From: Bilabrum cf. latius
Taxonomy: Eukaryota
Assembly: GCA_965178125.1 (NCBI GenBank)
Contig: OZ237735.1
Coordinates: forward strand, 1,674,001-1,738,000
Length of the DNA: 64,000 bases
Direction of reading: 5' to 3'
Shown here: positions 15,201 to 26,408 of the stretch, piece after piece
Layout of the letters: every line of letters begins with the position of its first letter
How positions within the stretch are numbered: the stretch's first letter is position 1
Made by a program: the position numbers and the translations under genes
The notes under the pieces: model-generated
Databases searched by the model: none
Told to the model about the DNA's origin: nothing
The model's input: only the letters and a program-made list of their open reading frames with translations

Positions 15201-18200
15201 GTCATGGAGCCGACAGACGAGGAGTCACGCAACAAGCGCACTGCCGGATGGAGCATTGGTGATGTCATTGTCATTGCACCCACGGGAAGGAAACCGCATG
15301 AGGATGAGCAGCGCAGGATCGTCGATATCCGAGCTCCAACTTTGACCGAAATCGAACGTGCGGCATCATCAGGGTTGCTAGGCGCGCCTGGTTCAAGAGT
15401 AGGTTCGGTTGTCGTCCTCAACTAGCCGCTGGAGTACCTTCATCTTGGTGTTACTCAGCGGGTGGGCGATATTCGGGAGGCATCCACCGGTGGGGAGTAC
15501 GCAGGGTCACGGACGTCCTCCGCGCTGGCTGCCGTGCTGCCGCGCGTCGATCCCCAGGACATCGAGTACCGCGCTGAGGTCGGATTGCTCTCGAGAAACG
15601 TCGTATTCCAAGGGGATTTGAACGAGGAATTTGCTAGGGCCCCGTCCATTCAAAACGAAGAAGAAGCCATCGGCGAGCTCGGCAGGGTTCGGACCGACGG
15701 CCACGGAGCTCACATCTTCATGCACGCAGGATGCCACGCTATAGTGGGAACGAAGTGGACTCGTGATCCCCAATGCACGCTCATCTCTCGCATTTCCAGC
15801 GTAGAGGTCAGAAATAGCGGACAAATGTTCCAGCTCGGTCGATACAGCGTGCATCTCCACCTGGCTGGCCAGGCGTAGGACAGCTACATCCGAGGCAGTG
15901 CCATTCATTTTACGTGGAACAGGGGCATCACGCTGCATGGCTGCCACCGCTACGCCGTTGAGAACAACGTGGTCCACGACACGCTGGGGCACTCGATTTT
16001 CGTCGAGGATGGCATAGAGTCTGACAACAGGATCGCTGGAAACCTTATCATGCGCACGCGATCCGCGTTCAGTTTGCTGAATACTGACGCACTGCCGGGC
16101 GGCATCTGGACCCAGAGTCCCTCAAATGAGTTCGTGAACAACACAGTGGTCGGGAGTGAGGCCTGGGGGTTCTGGCTCGACACTGACGCTGACGCACCTT
16201 CGGGGCCGTCTTCTTCTGCTCGCGTGTGTCTCGCAGGTCTTCCTCTCGGCAGCTTGGACAATCTGGTTGCGCACTCCAACTAGCGCGCAGGACTGTGGAT
16301 TGCCTTTGAATGGGAGCCCAATGATGCTCCCGGGGGATGCGGTGGGAAAGGCATCACGGTTAAACCTCGCCGCGCTACTATCAACCACCTGGTGTCCTGG
16401 CAGAACAACCAGGGTGCAGAGTTCATTGGCGTATCTTCCGTGACTCTTCGGGACTCCGTGTTGATTGATAATGACAACCATGCAATGAATTGGGAAGGTG
16501 GAGAGCTTGGCGTTATATAGTACTCCATTCTGGCCGGTCAATCGCCGCTCTTCCGTGGCGGCGTCGGTGTGGTCGTAAGCGATGAGGATATTGCAGCAGG
16601 TCGGTATCATCCGGACGTCGGGCTTTCAGATGGAGCCGCTAGCCCCGTGGACGCCGGCCTGGCTCCATTTCCAACCAATGAGTACACTGAGAACCCCCAC
16701 TCTAGGTACTTCAAGGATTGGTGGCCCACTGGACGGAGGTACCGCTTCAATCCCACTCTGCTTGGAGACGATGATGCCGGGACGGTCGGCGCAGTGCAGC
16801 GGTACTACACGTAGAAGTCTCTGCTGGAGCATACGCTTGCGCGTGCTGATGGAATCAAGGCGAACAGGCCGTATCGCCAGGCAAAACAAGGCATCAGGAC
16901 TCCCGATAGTCACAACTTCCGCATTGATGACGTCATTTTCCAGTTCTTCGAGCAGGGTAACACGTCCTGCATTATCGTCCAGTCTGGCGGCGCTGCAGGT
17001 GGGTACACCCAAAGGACGTCTAGGCTAGCGTTTGACCGAGCTACGACGAGAGTGGATCTATCCGGTGACCACGATGGCGTGCTTATCGACGAAGACGGAT
17101 CCATTCAAGGCGGTGGGGCGGTCAGCACTGACCCTGGCTTCGCTGGCGCCCCGATCGTGCCGTCGGCGTCTATTTTTCCGCTGGAAGCTCGATGCAGGCT
17201 GCAGACGTGGCCAGCTCGCTCTGGCAATCCACGCTTTGATCGGCCGTCGTCTGTTTGCCCTGGCATGACCTTCCGGCGAGTACACTTCCATAGTCATTCC
17301 CCCAGTTTCGACGATGACAAGCCGCCCATCAGAATCACTTCACCGTACGGATCAAGCGGTGCGCCCTTGTATAAGCACGACGACGTTCCGTTTAAGTCGT
17401 GGGTGGTCGTGCTGTATCGTGGCGGTGATTTCAGGCCCACGTGGCTGAGCTCCATTGAGATTGACTTCTTGCGCTACACTCTGCGACCAAGCTTCGACGA
17501 TATCGACGCAGTGGATCAGGACTTCTGGTGGGTGCACCACGGAGTGCAGGTTAAGCCGCATCACTATCATTTTGGTAGCACGTATGACTCGAAGGCAGAT
17601 CTGCCTCGCATCGTGGACCCGCTGCCAACGCACACGGAGCGTCCGCCTTACAGCTCCTCCATCAGGCTGTCATCCAACTATCGCACACCGTATGCCATGG
17701 GCGACTCTGACGATGCCGTGGTGCACATGCTACGGAGCGCCGACCAGCCTGATCGCAGGCAGTTGCAGATTGGTACGAAGCACACAAGCCCCAGCGGTCA
17801 TGAATACACGGAGCAGTCCGTAGCTTCAGCACCAGCGCTGGGCATCGACACCGGGGACCATCCGGTGCAGTTCACCTACCTGTACACTAGCCGAGGAGAA
17901 ACGCCGATGCGGAGACTGTGCCCTGATGCAGGTTGCTTTGTCGGTCCACCGATCGACGCAGAGCAGCAAAAACGAAGATGGTCAGACCCGCTGTTGTGGG
18001 CGGATCACCCTCTTGGCAGGGTGCCTAGGTCTGACGATGCCGTGGAGATCCCGCAGGAGTGGTGGGTGCTGCTCGACGTGAGCACTCCAGTGCTGCGCAA
18101 CCTAACTATCCGAGGGACTCTCGAGTTGCTGGATGAGTCCGACCTTACGATCACCGTCGATGGGCCACTCCTCGTGCTCGGTGGCAGGCTGATGGCTGGA

Positions 18201-21200
18201 GCCAATGAGTCCCATCCATTCACGCACTCTGCGGTGATTGAACTGCGCGGCGACCGGCAGACCCCGGAACTGGCGTTTGACAAGGACACCACGTTTGGAG
18301 CCAAATCAATTGCAGTTGCCGGGGAGCTCTCCCTCTTTGGTGTGGCTCCCGCGCGGCCGTGGGCAAGGCTTGCACGCACTGTGTCCGAGGGCGACAGTGA
18401 GCTGCTTCTGGAAGGGAGCCTGCTCGAAGCAAGATGGCCTGCCTCCCATTCTCAAGATATGTCCCCGCTTGAAATCTACGATGCAAGCGTTGCCAGGAAT
18501 GGAGGGGATCCTAGCGAGCCACTCATCCACGACGCACAGCTACAGCGGGCGGCTGGTCTGGGCTGGGGACGTGCCTGGAGTGTCGGTGACGAAGTAGTCG
18601 TGTCACCTACGGATTATGATCCCCACGAGACAGAGACACGGCACATAACTGCGATTGAGCTTCGAACGTTTGACGATGCGGATGATCTTGCTGCAGCTGG
18701 GATGGCGGCCCTTCCATGGGAACCTGTGAACGGGCCATTCCAGCGCACATCTGTTACGCTGGACCAGCCAGTCCTGTTCCGTCACTTCGGAGAACTCTCT
18801 TGGTCGAGTCATGGTCAGACTCAAGGGGTCGACTGGGTGGACACCCGAGGCGAGGTCGGTATTCTAAACCGAAACGTGAAGATTGTTGGCGCTCCTACCT
18901 CTAAGTTCCCGGCGATGGAGGGGCCAATGCGACCCTTGGAAGATGGTGAGTACTTCGGGGCCACAGTGGTAGCTCGAACTCTTCGAGTACGGCGGACCCA
19001 AGGCGTTGCTGCAGACGCCACCTACATGCCCGCAGTGGCCCTGGCTGGAGTGCAGTTCCAGCATGCTGGCCAGCGTGGTTGGTGGTCGGCAGCACGCACC
19101 GGGGCGGCAGTGTCGTTGCGAGACGTATCCGGCACTGCGGTACTCGACAGCAGGTAGCAGGCTGCACTCAATGCACTTTAGCGCGAGGGTCTTGTCTACA
19201 GGTCTAGGCAGCTCTCTCGAGTGGTGGGGTGCTCGTTCCACACCATATACAACGGGGCCGTTCACGTCGTTGGCAGCTCCGTGTCCGTTCCTGTGGAACG
19301 AAACGTGGTCTACCACTCCTATGGCCCAGCCTTCAAGTCCGTGGAGTCGTCTCGACGCACGAAGTTCGTGGGGAACTTGGCGGTCCTCGGCCTGCGGAAG
19401 CACTTGGCGTGGCTTTACTTCGAAGAGGAGCTCGGGGCGACCAGGCCGCCCAGCTCCACAAGTGCTACCGCTGTTGGCGACGATGATGACGACGGCCAAG
19501 GTGTCTCTACCATTGATGCAACTGATCCTAGGTGGGGACCCTACGTCGATAAAGACATGAAAGAGCCCTTGATTAACATTGAGTCAGGGGAGCGGGAGCT
19601 TGACGGTCAGTTCGAGGCAGAAGGACCGGGTGTCGTTCTTGTTGGCAATGCTATTGCTGGCTCCGACTCCCGCGGAGGATTCATCGTGCGCTATGCCGAC
19701 CCTTGTGAGCAGGAGAGGGCACAGCTGCTGAGTGGATCTGCACAGATTCAAGACGACTAGACCCCACCTGGCCTGGTGCACAACCGTGCAAATACTGTGC
19801 ACGGGGCGTTGCAGTGCTTGAGGATCCGACCGGTCGCAAAGGCAAGGCTTGGACAATGCGTCGCGCTGCGAGGGTTCTCAATGAGCAAATGTGCAGACTT
19901 TGGGGTGTTCTCGTACGTTGGCTCTTCGGTCGAGGTGTCTGGGCTCCGCATGGCAGACGTGCAGATCGGGGTCAGCATTAACATAATCGGACCGTTTAGC
20001 GATGCTCACAAGTTCGGGGACAGGGACGCCTCAATTACCGACTCTGTCATCGTGGTACGATCCACGAACCAGCGCACACGACAGGATGGACCAGGACCAG
20101 ATGGTGTCCCGCTGTTTGCACCCGGACAAGAGCCAAGCAGCTGGCTGTAGGCAGTGCAGCGCACAGCGAGTCAAGAAATGCTCAGCCCAAAGGCATTACA
20201 CAGAGCCTACCATCCCCTGTACACCGGAGCGTTTACTTCGTATGGTTCCTGTCTTGCTCCCAACCCGCAGTGCACGTCTTTAGATTGGAACCGGCCCAGT
20301 GCAGCGATTCAGGTGTCTGGGTTTGCGACCAAGGGCTCCCTGGGCCCGTGTTTTGGCCGCGAAGACGGCATGACGCGGGCCAACCCTGCCATTCGGGGCA
20401 GGACGCACGTGCGCAATGTGGCAATCGGCGGCCTTGGCATTGACGTGTGCGGCCGTCGCGCAGTCGGCATCGCGAGCTCGCCCTCGATGCCCGACCTTTA
20501 GCACCCAATATACACAGAGCGCATTCGTTGGGGCCTTGGTGGCGGCAGGCACGTTCAGACCATGGCACAGCTGGAGCCGTACAAGGTTCTCTTCTACCGC
20601 GCTCAGCTGAGTGATCTCAGCGGTGAGGACTGCGTGGGCGATTTCTGCAACGGGGCTAGCAACATCCACATTGCCGACCTCGACGGATCTTTCCTTGGTG
20701 ATCGCGCGGTGGGAAGAACCACGGATCTGGTTGACTTTGTGCCTGATGCTAGCAGCGCATCAGCTGCTATTGCCTCGCTTGTGCAGAGGACTGGCGTAGC
20801 AGGCACGGTGATTCCTGTCGCGGAGACTGGCTGGGACCTGTCTGGCCGCGATGATCGGATCCCTGCTCCGATGAAGACAACGCCAGCTGGCAATGCGATC
20901 GCCATTGATGTCGTGAGACCGCAGCGGGGGCTTTACAGAGGTGACGGCAACGGCACGGCGTGTTCTCTGGAGCCTGGGTGGAACGCTTACGCCTGCCGTG
21001 GTGATGCCAGGGCTGTACTCGTCTTCGAGTCTCTCGACAGCGACAGCAAGACCAGGAACATCGCACCTCTGTTCCTCAAGACAGGAGAGTATGCGTCCTC
21101 GTGGACGAGCGCGAAAGACTTCGGCTGGTGCAGCGGTGGGTTTACCTGTCGCAGGAGGCTCTCGCTGTTTGGCACATCGGTCCCTCTTCGTAGGGACACT

Positions 21201-23645
21201 GAAGCCTACTTCTCCGGGTCCAATCCCGAGAGAGTGCGCATGCACCTCCTCAACGCCGAACAGACCAAGCAGGTGCAGGTACACGGTACCGAAAGTGGAC
21301 AAGCAGTTGCGGGCATCGGCGCAGGCTCGCACGCTTCCAACCGTGGTGCTGGCCTTAAGGTGGCCTTGTGGTACGGAACGTCGCAGAGAATTGACGTTTA
21401 CAGGCAGGGTGTGTATATTGAGGCCCAGAACGCTCAATTTGAAGAGGCCTGCAACGATGCAGCCAGGCGATTAGACTGTGAGCGCTCAGTATTGACGCCA
21501 ACGGACGGAGGAGAAGGAGGGTCGAACCCCGCCGAGTTCATCCCAGACTGGAGGTCCGACCACCCCGCCGCCAATTATCGCGAGCGCACGACCGGCATGC
21601 TCCACGTGGTTGTCAAGGGAGAGGCGCCCATCACATTGGTGGTTGCGCCTGTGGTGCAGATCAGTATGCGCATGGATGTGACCCTGGAGGAATTCTTCGG
21701 CGCCAATCTGCTGCGCAACCTTGCTTTCGTCCTTATGATTCCCATGTCCTCCGTCAGGCTTGTGGATGTCATCCCTGAGGACACCCAGCTGTCCAACCGG
21801 CTCCTGCAGGAGGGCGTGAGTAGGGCACTCGAGATCACCCTGCAGATTGGTGAGGCCCCCGCACTCACTATGGATGAGTCACGGCTGGAGGAGGTCACGG
21901 ACCCCGCGATTGAGCAACTGTGGCTTGAGGGTGACCCCGACACGGTCGTGGCTCTGAGCAACAATACCGACCCGGCCACCTTTGACGGGGTGGCGCCAGC
22001 CAACGTGGATGCGTTCCGGGCGTCCCTCCGAGCGCAGGCACTTGCCAGGGCTGCCCAAGATGCCATTTCGTCCGGGCGAGTCTAGGAGCAGGTGGCACGC
22101 GAGACAGGTGTCAATCTTGGCATCCAGGTATCTTCGGTGCAGGTCCAGGCGCCCAGCCTACCGCCCATCGTGGATGGGGCCCTGCGCGAGCAGCTGAGCG
22201 ACGATGCCCCGCAAGAGCTGCAGCTTGCCGTCGACGCGATGTGGACATCAAGCCCCGGCTGCGCGGTGGAAGTCTCCGCGGATTTGCCAGTGGATGCATC
22301 CATGGCGGACGATGCAACATCGTGGGAAGAGATGACCGCAGGTATCAAGGTAGTGATTTCGACCCCTTCGCAGGCCCATCTGAACGGTACCACGACCGAG
22401 TCGATCTGCGAAGGCTCTGCTGCGGGTGTGGTTGCTACCGTGGATGCGCAAGGAAGTGCAATTAGGGCCCTTGTTGGAGCAAGACCGGTCCTCATCAGCT
22501 TGTACCGCGTTGGCAAAGCCACCGACGCGCTAGTGGGGGCGTGGTCAGCGACAAACGGTTACAACCAAGTGGCTGCAGGTGTGAATGCAAGCTCCGCCGC
22601 GGCTGCTTTCGACATCAATGCGAGCCCAGCCGATGTTTCTCGTGCATGGGCAGCCGGGCTTGTCGGACAGACGCCCCTCGCAGGCCAGACGCAACTGGAT
22701 GACCCCACAGGTCTTCTCTCTGCCCTTGTCGGCACCGGATTGACAGGCGAGGTCGCTGGCGGCTCCAGCGCAGTGGTACCCGAAATCGACTCGTCGACCG
22801 GAGAGCTGGCTTTGTCTGGCTTGCTGCCGCACGACGATCTCATCGGCGGTACCTACGTGCTTCGTGCTCGGGTCGTGCTTCCTGTGGACGAACGGTCTCA
22901 CCTTAGGGCAGCTGTTTCGGAGCAGGCCCGCCGGCTGGGAATCCAACTGACGCGTTTGAGCTCTCGCGACAATGTGCGAAGGCAGCTACAGACCGGCTCG
23001 GACAGCGCGGGTGGAGTCCAGGGTGCCCTGGCCGTGTTTGATGCTTACTCAACGCCGTTTGTGGTTCTGAACGGCACTGTTGTCGTACAGAATGGCGTGC
23101 AGGCTAGCTTCGATGCCGCTGTGGCAACACAGTACCCAGAAGGGCGCCCTGGGGCCGCGAGAGACGGTCCTGATGGAGACAGCAGCGGCGGCTTGTCGAC
23201 AGGTGCCATCGCAGGCATTGCGGTGGGTGTCGGGCTCGCAGTACTGGTGACTATCGCAGTGTACTTCCTGGTGGTCCGGCGTGGAGGCAGCTGTGGTGGA
23301 TAGGGTGGTGCTGCGGGGCCGTCGCGTCGAGTGAGCCAGTCCAAACCGACGAACTGCGGCTCCAGCAGCGCTGGTTCCAGTCGTGCCGGTGCAATACAAG
23401 GCGCTGCTGCACTGAAAGGAACCAAGAACTCCGTGAAAAACTGGGACGATTCCCGTCCAGCTAGTAGCAGGATGCACCTGTATGCTGCTGCCAACCCATC
23501 GGTGCCCGTGCACGCCGGTGCGGCTCTTGGCCTGGACCAGGGCCCGCGGACCCCGTTGGCGTCCAAGCAAGGACCTGCTGCAGGATTCGATTCGGGAGTC
23601 TCGGGGGGGGAGTTCAAGGGGTCCAACCCGATGGCGAGGGTATGA
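219..23645 (+). CDS. Giant fibrocystin-L (PKHD1L1)-like type I membrane protein, ~7,808 aa, single exon, read with TAG as sense
   Basis: ATG 219 gives a signal peptide (MIILLLAGFLPAAVAG) and then an IPT/TIG repeat (VTEVSPRYGSLAGG). The track ORFs at 474, 936, 1779 ... 22092, 23331 share one frame. I translated the gaps and found only TAG interruptions (~54), with the first TGA at 23643-23645. Recognisable parts: many IPT/TIG repeats, PA14 (~1725-2100 and ~12490-13030), a cupredoxin-like segment (~7100-7400), LamG-like (~9140-11040), G8 domains (~14790-15120, ~17975-18340), beta-helix repeats (GQMFQLGRYSVHLH, IFVEDGIE), DLDGSFLG, and a C-terminal TM helix (~23205-23275). Confidence 0.9.
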
Positions 23646-24416
23646 CGCCGATGACAATCGTTCTGTCCCGTCAGCAGCAGCCTGCGGCGGATTACGGTAG
23701 CCGAGGCCTGGCCGCGGTGCTCCACCAGACTGGCAGGAGGACGGCTGGGTAGAGGGCCCAGTGGCATTGACGATTGATTCTTTGAGACCTCCCCAGTGCG
23801 GGGGCGGTTGATCGCTTAGCTCGTGTATAATGATTTGGACGCGTGCGCGAGGTTTCGGGGCTAGGTCCCGTGCTCATTCCAAGTGGGGGTGGACACGAGA
23901 GCGTGAACCATCTTAGCTGAAACTGCCGCGACCGTCCTGCTTGCTTGTAGTGCTCCCGAGTGGTGTTGCTAGAAGGTCATGAAGCTCAATTCCATAATCA
24001 TGTTGATGCGCATCCCGGATGCGTGCAGTCAAGCATCCGTGTTTGCCATGTGAAACCAGAATTAAAGCAACCTTTACTGCGCCCAATCCTTGTTGGTGCT
24101 TCGGCCATCTAGCGCCCCCACCTCTGTGAATGTACAGCCCAGCTGGCACGCTTGCACTCGGGGCACAGTGCGCCTGGGCGAGGCAACAGAAGCGAGAGAG
24201 GTACACGCCGCTTCCGACCCAAATCGCCTTTGACACGCTTCTGGGCAATCGAAATCAATGAGGTGATCAGCTGCCCATTGTGCCTGCGACTCACGAAGCC
24301 CCCTGGGACTGGCTACGGTGGCAAAAGCGGCACAGTACCGGGTTTAGGGGGGTTGTAATCTTCTTCTTGAAAGTTCAACACGCTACAAAGGACCTCTTTA
24401 GGGTTCGGTAACTTAA

Positions 24417-24761
24417 CCCAACAATGTATTTCTGTATTTCTGTATAGGGGGGTTCAAACCTGAGTGGCTAGGGCCCCGGGGGTGGCGCTGTACCGCTGGT
24501 CCTCTACCCTCTTCAGTCAGTTCACGCACGTACCACTGGTCCTTGCCACCATCATTCTGATGTGGCTCACGTGGGGAATCTGGGGCCTGGGTCAGGTATG
24601 GGCTGGGTGGATGGACTAGCTGGTGCTTGCCAATACCACCCGAGCGGTGCCAGCAGACCGCTTTGCTTGTGCATGGAGACTGTGCGGGGTAAAATTCTAT
24701 CGCGTTCATCCGCATTAGAATCCACAGCACGCTTGCAGAAATACAGAAATACATTGTTGGG
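24417..24761. mobile_element. Putative MITE / non-autonomous DNA transposon, 345 bp
   Basis: Perfect 26-bp terminal inverted repeats: CCCAACAATGTATTTCTGTATTTCTG (24417-24442) and its reverse complement (24736-24761). TAA flanks both sides (24414-24416, 24762-24764); the left junction reads TTAA|CCC. No credible internal ORF. Confidence 0.65.
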
Positions 24762-25043
24762 TAAAGATTCCACAAGCACCCAGATGCACCGTTGCCCCCG
24801 AAGGAGTTCGAGTGATCACCTGAATCCAGAGGAGTCCTCAAACAAGGACTACAAGACCCCCGACCCTTTCAGGCCAAAGGCCCCCCAATCTCAGCCTACA
24901 CCGCCGAGTCCCCTTTATTCGCTTGCGCCACTGTTTCATGTTGGGTGCACTTCTGCTCGACTGAATCCGATTAATCAACGAGAGACAAGGAGAAACCTAT
25001 TATTTGCTCCGTCTGTGTCAAGAATCGAGAGCCCTCTGGTATC

Positions 25044-26294
25044 ATGTCAAAAAGATCGAATGTAGAGGAGCCTTGGCAATCGCCGTTGGCTCTAATGGTT
25101 CACATGTCCGAAATGGAGGCCCCCTTGATGGGATCGCAGCTGGTGCCAATCTTGGATCAGCCCTACAGGGCGTTACTTTACGTAGAATGCGGACCAAAAG
25201 ACAAGAGAACACCGTGTGATGTAGTAGTTTCTTGGGGAGCTGGCTTACGCCCCGAAAATAGCCTCACAGTGTATGCATCAGCTCAAGACTTGACCAGCGA
25301 CCAACCGCCGGTGTGGGATGACATTACCAGTCGCGGCAGGGTCGGGGTTCATGACGCTCGGCCCGTCCTGCACTTTACAACTGTTCCGTATTGGCCGCAT
25401 CACCATCGCTTTCGTGTCATGGTCATGCTCGAGCTGCCGAACAGGGGGGCGCACGGTGTCCCGACATGGTGGCCTGTCGCCAGACCCGGCGAGAGGATTT
25501 GGAAGGGAAGTACTCCGCCAGAGGCCCCAGCACCTGCTCTAAGGCATGCTCCTCCCCCATCTGCCGGTTCTTCACGGCACCCAGCGGCGTCTCCCATGGC
25601 AACTCGTGGCGGCGCAGCTCCGGGTGGATTTGCGGGGAGCGGTGCCCCTCGCGCTGGGCAGGCGAGCGGCGGAGCCTCACGAGTGAGCAACGGTGGTACC
25701 GCAGGTAGATCTGATGTCGGAGGTCCCTCTCCTGCTGGTCGCGCTGCCCGCCCAGGCGCAGACGCGGGCGCGGGTGCGGGCGCGGGCGCAGGGGCAGGGG
25801 CAGGGGCCGGCGGAAGCCGAGGATCCGCCGGGGAAGAGGCGCTTCTCCGGGCGCTCCGGGCGCTAGCCCGCAACCCCGGTGGGGCCTCTGTGGAATCGGT
25901 CACGCAATGGGTGCGGGGCGAGCTGGCTGCGATCCGGAGAGAGTATCCGCTGCCCAGTCCCGCCGACAGGCAGGGTCCTCAAGAGCTCAAGGACAAGCGC
26001 AAGTGGCTGGACCGAGTGGCCTCTGGGATCGTACCTAGGCTGACGCAGCTGCAGCTAGCCGCGGAAAGGGGCCTCCCCGAGCTGCTGCGAGGGGGTGCGT
26101 TGGCCGAGGCAGCCACTGGTGTGTGGAAGGGCATCGACGGTTTTGTGGGGCAGGAGCAGCTCAACGTGACCGACATGTGCAACGCCAGCGACCCTGAGAT
26201 AGTGATGACCAGGCGAAGCCTCAACCACAGGCTGAACAAGATCGTGATGCTGATGAAGAAGCAGGCGAATGGTTGGGGGGCGTCGATCGGGTGA
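25044..26294 (+). CDS. Hypothetical protein, 416 aa
   Basis: Uninterrupted ATG..TGA ORF with no TAG. It has a globular-looking N-terminus, a Gly/Ala/Pro linker with a (GA)n repeat, and a helical C-terminus that weakly resembles a BAG domain (unverified). Confidence 0.65.
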   Translation: MSKRSNVEEPWQSPLALMVHMSEMEAPLMGSQLVPILDQPYRALLYVECGPKDKRTPCDVVVSWGAGLRPENSLTVYASAQDLTSDQPPVWDDITSRGRVGVHDARPVLHFTTVPYWPHHHRFRVMVMLELPNRGAHGVPTWWPVARPGERIWKGSTPPEAPAPALRHAPPPSAGSSRHPAASPMATRGGAAPGGFAGSGAPRAGQASGGASRVSNGGTAGRSDVGGPSPAGRAARPGADAGAGAGAGAGAGAGAGGSRGSAGEEALLRALRALARNPGGASVESVTQWVRGELAAIRREYPLPSPADRQGPQELKDKRKWLDRVASGIVPRLTQLQLAAERGLPELLRGGALAEAATGVWKGIDGFVGQEQLNVTDMCNASDPEIVMTRRSLNHRLNKIVMLMKKQANGWGASIG

Positions 26295-26408
26295 GGTCCG
26301 GTGCCTCGGGTAGAGTGCGAGCGAGGGCCGGCGTAAGTGTTGAATTGTGTCAATGTTTTTCCTCCTTGGTGTCCTCTGTCTGTCATTGATGCCTCTAATT
26401 TAATCGGA

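Noticed and set aside
219-23645. Many small separate genes, or tiny introns removing each TAG
   Set aside because: All fragments share one frame, domains run straight across the TAGs, and there are no consistent GT-AG pairs around them.
24340-24866. Degenerate outer inverted similarity (24340-24412 vs 24812-24866) and two TTTAGGG heptamers
   Set aside because: The match needs several gaps and mismatches and could be chance. Two isolated heptamers are not a telomeric array.
23646-25043. Suppressor tRNA-CUA or other RNA gene in intergenic DNA; B-box-like GGTTCAAACC at 24451
   Set aside because: No cloverleaf could be built by eye here or in other spacers. A tRNAscan-SE run would be decisive.
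23913-25065. ORFs 23913-24248, 24413-24841 and 24562-25065 as a transposase or other genes
   Set aside because: No recognisable motifs even with TAG read-through. The shared KYRNTLLG peptide merely reflects the inverted repeat.
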